64,000 nucleotides of DNA, from contig OZ245046.1 in assembly GCA_965224245.1 (NCBI GenBank), positions 1,792,001 to 1,856,000 of the forward strand. The letters run 5' to 3'. Of the stretch, positions 8,973 to 17,046 are shown piece by piece (the first letter of the stretch is position 1; each line of letters begins with the position of its first letter). The translations under genes were made by a program, and so were the position numbers. The stretch is from Candidatus Eiseniibacteriota bacterium (GTDB lineage Bacteria > Eisenbacteria > RBG-16-71-46 > CAZAMP01). Below the pieces are notes generated by a model, which was not told where the DNA came from, ran no database searches, and saw nothing but the letters and a program-made list of their open reading frames with translations.

Positions 8973-9509
8973 TCACCGGTGACAGGACACACAGTCGTTC
9001 GAGGCGGCTCGTTCCTGGTGGCACTGCATGCAGTCGTCCATGCGCATGCGCACGAGGGGTCGCGTGAGCGGCACCTCGCGCTCCTCGATCGGTCCGTGAC
9101 AGCGCCCGCACTCGATCCCGCCCACCGCCGTGTGCCGGCGATGCGAGAAGTACACGTGCTCGGGCACGACGTTGACCTTTCTCCACGGGATCGGGACCCC
9201 GTCGCGTATGTACTCCACGGTGCGCGCCTCCTCGGCCGACTCCGTCATCGCCTCCTCGTGGCAGTCGACGCAGACCTCGATGTTGGGGATCGTCGCGCGT
9301 ACGCCCTTCCGCGCGTACACGTGACAGTCCGTGCACTCCAGGCCCGCGTCCTCGACGTGGAGGTGATGGTTGAACGCGATCGGCTGGGTGATCGCCGCAC
9401 CGAGCGCGGCCGGTGCCGCCAGCAGGAGGACGATCCAGCGAGCGTTCCGCAGCCGGTCGCCTCCTCGCCGGCCGCGGCGCCGGCGGCCGTCGGTGGCTGT
9501 GCGCGTCAT
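8973..9509 (-). CDS. Membrane-anchored pentaheme cytochrome c (ActA/QrcA-like)
   Basis: QPIAFNHHLH, CTDCH, CVDCH, VYFSHRRH, CGRCH, CMQCH, CVSCHR; ATG 9509 overlaps the upstream stop. Confidence 0.9.
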   Translation of the reverse strand: MTRTATDGRRRRGRRGGDRLRNARWIVLLLAAPAALGAAITQPIAFNHHLHVEDAGLECTDCHVYARKGVRATIPNIEVCVDCHEEAMTESAEEARTVEYIRDGVPIPWRKVNVVPEHVYFSHRRHTAVGGIECGRCHGPIEEREVPLTRPLVRMRMDDCMQCHQERAASNDCVSCHR

Positions 9510-10729
9510 CGCACCGTCTCCGTGGCCCGTGACAGCTCGATGTCCAGGTGCTGCGTCTCCATGATGACCGGCCGGTAGCGATACGAGAGCTCGGCGCTGA
9601 TGTTCACGGGGCGCCGCTGTCGGACGTAGAACCGGAAGCGCTCGACTTGCTCCCCTCTCGGCGCGACCCGGTTGTCGCTCACCACCTTCGCGCCGTAGAG
9701 GATGGCCTCCCAGTCGGTGTCGATGATGTTGCCGTCCGCGTCGGCGATCACCTTCCGGTAGCGCCGCTCCTGCTCGGTGGTCAGGCCGTCGACCTCCGCG
9801 GTGACGGTGAGCACGACCTCCCGGCTCGGCATTCCGGTCGGCACCTTGTGTCCGGAGCCAACGTTGGCGACTCGCACCCGGACGTCGACGTCGTCTCCGG
9901 TCCGCGTCGCGCCGATGATCTCCACCGACATGGCGTCGCGGAGCTGGTTGCTGTCGTGGATCAGGTCGTGAAGGTGCATGTCCGCCTGCGAGGCCTTGAC
10001 CTCCTCGCTCACCACCCGTCCCTCGCCCAGGACCATGTGACAGGTCTGACAGGGCTTGCCCTCCTCGGCGTAGGGTCCTTCCCGCCACTCGTCGTAGGTG
10101 CTCATGATCGCGGCCCCACCGGGCGCCACGTAGTTGTGGCAGCCGGCACAGAACTCGGCGGTGCCGTGGAGCTCGGAGAACGCCACGTCGTGCGCCGGCG
10201 ATGCCGCCTTCCTCAGGATGCTCCGCTTGATGGGGCCCACGTCGAAGAGATAGGGCACGTCGGCTCCGGCGGGAGCGAGCCCGGACACGGTGTGGCAGAA
10301 GTCACAGCTCACGCCCTCGCGCGTCACGCCCTGCACCAGCTCGTAGTCTCGGTTCGTCATCGTCATCGGCGCGTGGCAGCGGAGACACAGGCTCTTTGCG
10401 TCGTCGCCCGCCTCCTTCAGCGCCATCATGTACGCCGCGTCGAAGATGGGATCGGTCAGCGAGAACGCGTGGAGGCTTCTCTTCCACGATTCGTAGATGT
10501 CGGTGTGGCAGCGACCGCAGACCTGCGCGCTCGTGTAGCCATCCTCGTTGATGGAAACCGACCCGGCGTGTGGCTCGCTCCCGGTCGATGCCGCACGGCC
10601 GACGGCTGCCGGCCCGGCCATCGTCGCCGCGACGGCGAGCGCCGCCGCCAGGATCGGGATCGGTCTCGCGTATCGCCGGGTGCCCACCCGGGCGGTCGTG
10701 GGGAAGCGGGATGGCGCGGCGACGTGCAT
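9506..10729 (-). CDS. Exported pentaheme cytochrome c (c554-like) with C-terminal beta domain
   Basis: Signal peptide; CGRCH, CLRCH, EGVSCDFCH, CAGCH, CQTCH; GHKVPTG. Confidence 0.85.
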   Translation of the reverse strand: MHVAAPSRFPTTARVGTRRYARPIPILAAALAVAATMAGPAAVGRAASTGSEPHAGSVSINEDGYTSAQVCGRCHTDIYESWKRSLHAFSLTDPIFDAAYMMALKEAGDDAKSLCLRCHAPMTMTNRDYELVQGVTREGVSCDFCHTVSGLAPAGADVPYLFDVGPIKRSILRKAASPAHDVAFSELHGTAEFCAGCHNYVAPGGAAIMSTYDEWREGPYAEEGKPCQTCHMVLGEGRVVSEEVKASQADMHLHDLIHDSNQLRDAMSVEIIGATRTGDDVDVRVRVANVGSGHKVPTGMPSREVVLTVTAEVDGLTTEQERRYRKVIADADGNIIDTDWEAILYGAKVVSDNRVAPRGEQVERFRFYVRQRRPVNISAELSYRYRPVIMETQHLDIELSRATETVR

Positions 10730-10783
10730 CGGGGACCCCCCGTCGAAAGAGCCGAGCGACTCCGGACTTCACGACATGAGCCG

Positions 10784-10799
10784 AGCAAGGAGCGTACCG
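10784..10799 (-). promoter_or_regulatory. Sigma54 -24/-12 promoter of the respiratory operon
   Basis: Minus strand CGGTACGCTCCTTGCT (GG-N10-GC, close to TGGCACG-N4-TTGCW), 55 bp upstream of ATG 10729 and next to a sigma54 activator gene. Confidence 0.8.
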
Positions 10800-10872
10800 C
10801 TGGCGCGATCACGCTAACTGGCTGCGGGAGAAGTCTTTCCAGACGAAGGTGAATCAGTGCGAATCGGCACGA

Positions 10873-10887
10873 CTGACAGATTGTCAG
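10873..10887. promoter_or_regulatory. Palindromic upstream activator site (putative bEBP enhancer)
   Basis: Perfect inverted repeat CTGACA-gat-TGTCAG about 75-90 bp upstream of the -24 element. Confidence 0.6.
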
Positions 10888-10951
10888 GCCGGAGCGTGCG
10901 ACCCGGTCTGGCGCAGGGACTTGGCGCGTGCCACGCCGCGCGGAGCGGGTG

Positions 10952-12316
10952 TCAGTTCTGGCGCGAGTCCTCGACGTCACCCGATCGGAGCTTGCGATAG
11001 AGCGTCCGCTCGCTGATGCCGAGCGCCGCCGCCGCGCGGGCGCGGTTCCCATCGAAGCGCTGGAGCAGGTCGTGGATGTACCGTCGCTCGACCTCCTGCA
11101 GCGACAGCGGCGGCTCGTCGGCGTCGCCTGCCCGGTCCTCCGAGGTTGCCGCGAGGTTCGTCGGCAGGTGGCGCCGGCTGATCGCTCCCCCCTCCGAGAG
11201 GATCAGCGCACGCTCGATCACGTTCCGGAGCTCGCGCGCGTTCCCCGGCCACGCGTATGCGCGCAGCATCTCCATCGCGCCGTCGTCCATGGGGGGCGGG
11301 TCGGACGGGCGAAGACGCGAGAGAAAGTGGAGGGCCAGCGGGCCGATGTCCTCGACGCGCTCCCGGAGGGGGGGCACGTCGATGCGAAAGACGTTCAGCC
11401 GGTAGTAGAGATCCTCGCGGAAGGTCCCCTCGCGAACGAGCGCCTCCAGGTCGCGATGCGTGGCGGCGAGCACGCGCACATCCACCCGGATCGACTCCTC
11501 ACCCCCGAGCCGCCGGAACGCGCCCGTCTCCAGCACGCGGAGAAGGCGGGTCTGGAGCGACATCGTCGCGTCCCCGATCTCGTCGATGAGGATGGTCCCC
11601 GAGTCGGCCAGCTCGAAGAGCCCGTGCTTGCGCGCGCTGGCGCCCGTGTAGGCGCCCCGCTCGTGCCCGAACAGCTCCGAGAGCGCGAGGTTCTCCTCGG
11701 TGGAGCCGCAGTCGAGCACCACGAGCGGCCGCTCGCGTCGGGGTCCCTGGCGATGGATGACGCGGGAGACGACCTCCTTGCCCGTGCCGCTCTCGCCGCG
11801 GATGAGCACGGTCGAGCTCGTGGGCGCGACCTTCTCGATCAGCGCCTTCAGGCGCCGCACGGAGTCCGAGCGGCCGATCAGCTCGGGGCTCTCGGAGCGG
11901 CGGTGGAGCGAGTGGCGAAGCGCCGCGTTCTCCGAGCGCATGGCGCGCTTCTCCGCCGCGCGCCGGATGGTCGACTCCAGATGATCCAGATCACACGGCT
12001 TGGTGAGAAAGTCGTACGCGCCCAGCTTGAGGGCCTGGACCGCCGACTCCACCGACCCGTGGCCCGTGAGGATGATGACCTCGGTGAGCTCCCGGACCTT
12101 CTTGATTCGCTCCAGCGTGTCGATCCCGTTCATGTGCGCCATCCGCAGGTCCAGCACGACGACGTCGTAGGGGGTGTGAAGAAGGGCCTCCTCGACGTCC
12201 TCGCCGCGGCTCCTCGTCTCCACCTGGATGTTCGCCGCGTTCAGCTCCCGCGCCAGGACGGTTCGAAACGTATCGTCGTCGTCCACGATCAGCACCGAGG
12301 GATTCAGCGCGCTCAC
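10952..12316 (-). CDS. Sigma54-dependent response regulator (NtrC/AtoC/ZraR family)
   Basis: REC domain (VLIVDDD, DLRM, KP), GESGTGKE, SELFGHERGAYTGA, WPGNAREL, Fis-type HTH. Confidence 0.96.
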   Translation of the reverse strand: MSALNPSVLIVDDDDTFRTVLARELNAANIQVETRSRGEDVEEALLHTPYDVVVLDLRMAHMNGIDTLERIKKVRELTEVIILTGHGSVESAVQALKLGAYDFLTKPCDLDHLESTIRRAAEKRAMRSENAALRHSLHRRSESPELIGRSDSVRRLKALIEKVAPTSSTVLIRGESGTGKEVVSRVIHRQGPRRERPLVVLDCGSTEENLALSELFGHERGAYTGASARKHGLFELADSGTILIDEIGDATMSLQTRLLRVLETGAFRRLGGEESIRVDVRVLAATHRDLEALVREGTFREDLYYRLNVFRIDVPPLRERVEDIGPLALHFLSRLRPSDPPPMDDGAMEMLRAYAWPGNARELRNVIERALILSEGGAISRRHLPTNLAATSEDRAGDADEPPLSLQEVERRYIHDLLQRFDGNRARAAAALGISERTLYRKLRSGDVEDSRQN

Positions 12317-14190
12317 GACCGCACCTCCTCGGCGGCACGCGGCGCCGCCGGCAGGAGGATCGTGAACGCGGCTCCCTCCCCCGGAGCGCTCGAGACCCGT
12401 ATCGAGCCCCCGAGCCCGTCCACGATGATCTTCGAGATGAACAGCCCGAGCCCGGTGCCCTTCCCATCGGAGCGGGCGGAGTAGAACGGCTCAAAGACCT
12501 TCGAGAGCGCCGCCGGCTCGATGCCGCGACCGGTGTCCGTGACCTCCACCCGCACGAACGCGTCCTCGGTCGACTCGACGCGCACGACGAGCCGACCGGG
12601 ACCGTCCATCGACTGCACGGCGTTCAGGAGAACGTTCAGGACGACCTGCCGGATCTTCGCCTGATCCGCGAGGACGATGCACGCCTCGGTCGCCACGCGC
12701 TCGACGACGTCCACTCGCCCCTTTCGGCACTCGTAGCGCAACAGCGCGAGCGTGTCCCGAACGACGGCCCCGACGTCGACGGGCTCCCGGTGGGGTCGCG
12801 GGTTCCGCCCGAGCAGCTTGAGCCGCTCGGTCAGACGCTGGCACCGCCCGACCTCACCGCGGATGAGATCCAGGTACTCCGGAAGCTCGTCGGGGATCTG
12901 CCGGCTCTCGGCGTCGCGCAGCCGGCGTCGCAGACCGTCGAGGCACGTCGTGATGGAGGCCAGAGGGTTGTTGATCTCGTGCGAGATGCCCGAGGCCAGA
13001 AGCCCGAGCGACGCGAGGCGCTCCTGGCTGGCCAGGTGGGCCTCGATCTCCCTGCGCTGCGTGATGTCGCGCCAGATCTCGATGACCTGACGTCGCCCGG
13101 AGGCGGTGTTCAGCGGCGAGGCGGAGATCTCGAAGTGGCGGGGATCGTCTCCGTCTCCGCCGAGCGTGCGAACCCGGCGGGTGACCGCACCGGTGCTGAA
13201 GGTGCTGCGCGCGGGGCAGTCCGCGAGATCCTCGCCGCTGCACAGTCCCGCGCAGTCGCAGCGCCCCGCGAGCGGGGACTCGGTACCTCCCAGTCGTTCG
13301 AAGGCCTCGTTCGCCGTGACCACGTTGAGATCCTCGTCCACGACCACGATCCCGTCGGCCGCCGAGTGGATGACGGCATCCAGAAAGGCCTCCCGCTCCC
13401 TCAGGCGTCGAAGCGTGTGATCGAGACTTCGCGTCATCCGGTTGAGGTGGTCTCCGAGCCGATCGATCTCGTCGGCGCCGCGCACGCTGGCGGAGCGATC
13501 CAGGTCTCCGGCCTCGATCGAGTCCACCACCGTCACCAGAGACGCCAGACGACGCAGCACGAGGCGCCGCATCACGATCATGATCACCGCGATGATGGCC
13601 ACCGAGAGCGTGACCGCCGAGAGCCACATCTTGCGGGTGCTGGCGCTGAGGCTCGCGTCGATCCCCGCCATGGAGTAGTCGACGATCAACACACCGTTCA
13701 CCCGATCGTCCGGGGAGTGGCACTCGTGGCACGCGTCACTGTTGAGGATCGGGTTCACGTTGCGAAACACGCGGTGACCGTCATGGGTCTCGAACGTCAC
13801 CGTTCGCCCCCGAACCGAGGGACCGTGCCGGTGGCAGATCTTGCATGTCGGATCGGACAGCGAGAGCACCCGCCCCCGGTCGGCGGGGTCGGAGGAGAAC
13901 CGGATCACCCCCTTCTTGTTCAGGATCATGACGTTCTCGACGCTCTTCTGATCGGCGAGCCGGCGGACCATCTCCCCGAGATGATCCAGAGAGCGCGAGT
14001 GCATCGCGTGGCGAAGGCTCTGCTCGACGAGCTTGCCCTCGATGGCCGTGGATTCGGCGAGGGAGGCGATCATCTGGCGGCGGTAGTAGTCCTGGAGGAT
14101 CCAGAACGAACCTCCACCGATCACCAGCACGGTGAGCACCACGACCGCTGTGAGCCGGGAGCTCAGAGATCGGAGCGGCGGCCGGAGCAT
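12313..14190 (-). CDS. Membrane sensor histidine kinase with two periplasmic CxxCH motifs, HAMP, PAS-like and HisKA/HATPase domains
   Basis: Two TM helices flank CKICH and CHECH; SHEINNPL H-box; NAVQ, DTGRG and GTGLGL boxes. Confidence 0.93.
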   Translation of the reverse strand: MLRPPLRSLSSRLTAVVVLTVLVIGGGSFWILQDYYRRQMIASLAESTAIEGKLVEQSLRHAMHSRSLDHLGEMVRRLADQKSVENVMILNKKGVIRFSSDPADRGRVLSLSDPTCKICHRHGPSVRGRTVTFETHDGHRVFRNVNPILNSDACHECHSPDDRVNGVLIVDYSMAGIDASLSASTRKMWLSAVTLSVAIIAVIMIVMRRLVLRRLASLVTVVDSIEAGDLDRSASVRGADEIDRLGDHLNRMTRSLDHTLRRLREREAFLDAVIHSAADGIVVVDEDLNVVTANEAFERLGGTESPLAGRCDCAGLCSGEDLADCPARSTFSTGAVTRRVRTLGGDGDDPRHFEISASPLNTASGRRQVIEIWRDITQRREIEAHLASQERLASLGLLASGISHEINNPLASITTCLDGLRRRLRDAESRQIPDELPEYLDLIRGEVGRCQRLTERLKLLGRNPRPHREPVDVGAVVRDTLALLRYECRKGRVDVVERVATEACIVLADQAKIRQVVLNVLLNAVQSMDGPGRLVVRVESTEDAFVRVEVTDTGRGIEPAALSKVFEPFYSARSDGKGTGLGLFISKIIVDGLGGSIRVSSAPGEGAAFTILLPAAPRAAEEVRS

Positions 14191-14271
14191 GGCGAACCCC
14201 TCGACGTGGTCATGCGCCTCTGCTGCTCAAGGCTACCACGATCGCGCCCCGCGTACAGTCGGTGCTCCTGC

Positions 14272-16935
14272 TCAGCGCTCTTCCGGTGTCAGCTGCCGGG
14301 CCCAGTTCAGCACGACGGTCGCACTGGCCTCTCGCGGCGGCGACGCCGGCAAGATCCGGAGAACCCGACCGTCCGGGCTGCTCACGGACTTGCGAAGGTC
14401 CAGGGGCAGCTCGTACAGCATCTCCGGTACCCCGATCCGGAGTCTCGGCTCGGTCTCGAACGACGCCCTGGCTTGCCACCGCCCGGCGGTGTGGCGCGAT
14501 TCGAACCGGATCGCCTTTCCATCCGGCTCCCAGGCCGGGTTGTCCCCGGGCTCGATCGAGACCCGGTGCGGCCGGGTCGGAACCGGGAACGACTCCAGGA
14601 GCACGTAGGACGATCCAGACTCCGAGGTCACGTAGGCGACCCAGCGGCCGTCCGGGGAGAAGCACGCGGACCGTTCCCTCGCGGGCCCCGTGACGTACGG
14701 GTACGGCTCCCCGCTCCCGTCCGTGGGTGCCAGCCACAGATCCATGTTGTCCGCGATCTGTTCGTAGAGGAGGAGCGTTCCGTCGGGCGACCAGTCGAGC
14801 GGGTTCTTGAACGGCGCCGGCCCCACCACGAGCGGCTCGGCGGGGCCGCTCCGCGTGACGGGCTTCCGGTAGATGTTCCACGGGCCATCCGCGTTCGTCG
14901 AGTAGACGAGGTAGTCGCCGTCCGGGGACCACACCGGGTCCGCGCAGTTGGCCGACGAGCTGGTGAAACGGGTCATCACCATGCGATCGAGCTCCAGAAT
15001 CCAGATGTCGGACTCCTCCGGCGTCACCTCGACGACCACGGCCATCCGACGACCGTCCGGAGAGACCCTCGCGTTCTCGTAGACGTTCGGCTCCACGGGG
15101 AGGACGCCGATCTCCTCGCCCGTGTCGCCGTCTGTCCACACGAGTCGCGTGCGGGGATCGTCCGAGGTCAGGAACGCCAGATGGCCCGTGCGCGACGCCG
15201 AGAGGGCGGGCAACCCCACGCCCCCCGAGAGCGGGGGTGCGGCTTCGAGGCCGATCGGATCCCCGGAGACCGCCAGTGCCTCCACGTCGAACGCCTGTGC
15301 CACGAGCTCGCGCCCCCGCTGGAACAGGAGGTATCCCGGCTCGGCATACACCGGCGACACCGGCGATCGGGTGACCGCCACCGGCGCTCCCCCGTCCACG
15401 TGACCCGCCCATACGTCCAGCAGCCGACCCTTTCCGGGGATCGACACGTACAGGAACGTCTCCCCGTCGGGGAGAAACGTCGGGAAGCGATGCGCGGTCT
15501 GCCAACGGCTCTCGTCCAGGACCGTGACCGGCTCGGGAGTCCCGCCACCGACCGGAACCCGGAAGACGGGGCCCTCCCCCTGCGCAAACACGATGTCGCT
15601 GGCGCCCCAGGAGCCTCCGCGATACGAGGCCGCGTCGCAGACGGCCCGCGACTCCCCACCCCATGGCGACTGGACGCGAATCTTGCCGTCCAGCCAGAAT
15701 CCGATCTGCTCCCCGTCGGGAGACCAGAACGACGATCCGCCCCGGTGCGGCACGAAGCGGGACTCCGTCGACGCGAGGTCCCGCACCCAGAGCCCGTTCG
15801 TGCCGTCCGCATCCTGTCCGTTGCACAGGAGCGTGCGGCCGTCCGGAGAGAGCGAGGCATTGCCCGTGGCCCGGCGCATGCTCGCGCCGGGCGGTGGCGT
15901 CACCGTGAACCGGACGAGCTCACCCGGGGGGTCGCCGTCCCGGCGGCTCGGCTGCAGAAGGCTCCACGCCGCGACCAGCACCGCCACCGCCGCCACGGCC
16001 CACGCGAACGCCGACGATCGCCGTGGTGCGGCCGGTGCCGCGGCACGCTCGCCGCCGGCCGACGAGCGCCGGGAGGAGTCGAGGGACTCCTGGATCTCCT
16101 CCAGCGCGAGACGCACGTCGCCGATGTCGCGCTGTCGCTTGCGGGCGTCCTTCTCGAGACACCGCCGGAGGACTCGCCGAAGACGTTCCGGCGTCTCGCC
16201 GGGCAACACCGCCCAGTCCGGCTCCCGCTCCAGGATGCGCGCGATGGTGTCCGAGACGGTCTCCCCGGCGAAGAGCGCTCGTCCGGTCAGGGCCTCGTAG
16301 AGAACGCACCCGAACGAGAAGATGTCGGTCCGTCGATCCAGCGGCTTGCCGCGGGCTTGCTCGGGGCTCATGTAGGCCGCGGTGCCCAGGATCACGCCGG
16401 CCAGCGTCTCCACGGTGAGCGTGGGCGAGTGACTGAGCTCGCCCGCCGCGGCGTCGGATCCCGCATCCTTGGCCAGCCCGAAGTCCAGCACCTTGACCTC
16501 GCCGTCGCCGACCAGCTTGATGTTTGCCGGCTTCAGATCGCGGTGGATGATCCCGCTCTCGTGCGCGACCTCCAGCGCCGTCGCGATCTGACCGAACACG
16601 TCGACCGCTTCCGCCACGCCGAGCGGACCCCGTCGCAGCCGGTCCGCGAGCGTGGGCCCGTCGAGGTACTCGAGCACGAGAAACCGCGTGCCGTCTGCGT
16701 CGCTCTCCAGACCGTAGATGCTGCCGACGTTGGGGTGGTTGAGCGAGGCGAGGACCCGGGCTTCCCGCTCGAACCGGGCCAGGCGCTCGGGGTCACCGGC
16801 CAGATCGACCGGCAACACCTTGATCGCGACCACACGGTCCAGCTGGGGATCGTGGGCCTGGTACACCACGCCCATGCCACCGCGACCGACCTCGCGCTTC
16901 ACGTCGTAGCGACCGAGCTTCTCCGGAGCGTTCAT
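14272..16935 (-). CDS. Ser/Thr protein kinase with TM helix and TolB/PD40-like beta-propeller
   Basis: GRGGMG, VAIK, HRDLKPAN, DFG, YMSPEQ; repeated WSPDG/FSPDG. ATG 16935 chosen (ORF track GTG 16944). Confidence 0.93.
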   Translation of the reverse strand: MNAPEKLGRYDVKREVGRGGMGVVYQAHDPQLDRVVAIKVLPVDLAGDPERLARFEREARVLASLNHPNVGSIYGLESDADGTRFLVLEYLDGPTLADRLRRGPLGVAEAVDVFGQIATALEVAHESGIIHRDLKPANIKLVGDGEVKVLDFGLAKDAGSDAAAGELSHSPTLTVETLAGVILGTAAYMSPEQARGKPLDRRTDIFSFGCVLYEALTGRALFAGETVSDTIARILEREPDWAVLPGETPERLRRVLRRCLEKDARKRQRDIGDVRLALEEIQESLDSSRRSSAGGERAAAPAAPRRSSAFAWAVAAVAVLVAAWSLLQPSRRDGDPPGELVRFTVTPPPGASMRRATGNASLSPDGRTLLCNGQDADGTNGLWVRDLASTESRFVPHRGGSSFWSPDGEQIGFWLDGKIRVQSPWGGESRAVCDAASYRGGSWGASDIVFAQGEGPVFRVPVGGGTPEPVTVLDESRWQTAHRFPTFLPDGETFLYVSIPGKGRLLDVWAGHVDGGAPVAVTRSPVSPVYAEPGYLLFQRGRELVAQAFDVEALAVSGDPIGLEAAPPLSGGVGLPALSASRTGHLAFLTSDDPRTRLVWTDGDTGEEIGVLPVEPNVYENARVSPDGRRMAVVVEVTPEESDIWILELDRMVMTRFTSSSANCADPVWSPDGDYLVYSTNADGPWNIYRKPVTRSGPAEPLVVGPAPFKNPLDWSPDGTLLLYEQIADNMDLWLAPTDGSGEPYPYVTGPARERSACFSPDGRWVAYVTSESGSSYVLLESFPVPTRPHRVSIEPGDNPAWEPDGKAIRFESRHTAGRWQARASFETEPRLRIGVPEMLYELPLDLRKSVSSPDGRVLRILPASPPREASATVVLNWARQLTPEER

Positions 16936-17046
16936 GGCGCGCACGGTAGCACAACTCGTGGCGCTGCCACCTTCACAGGACGTCTCGTGTCCGTCGTCGG
17001 CTCACCCGGGGCGCCCGTGACATCCCCCTGGTCCTCCTCGCCGCGC

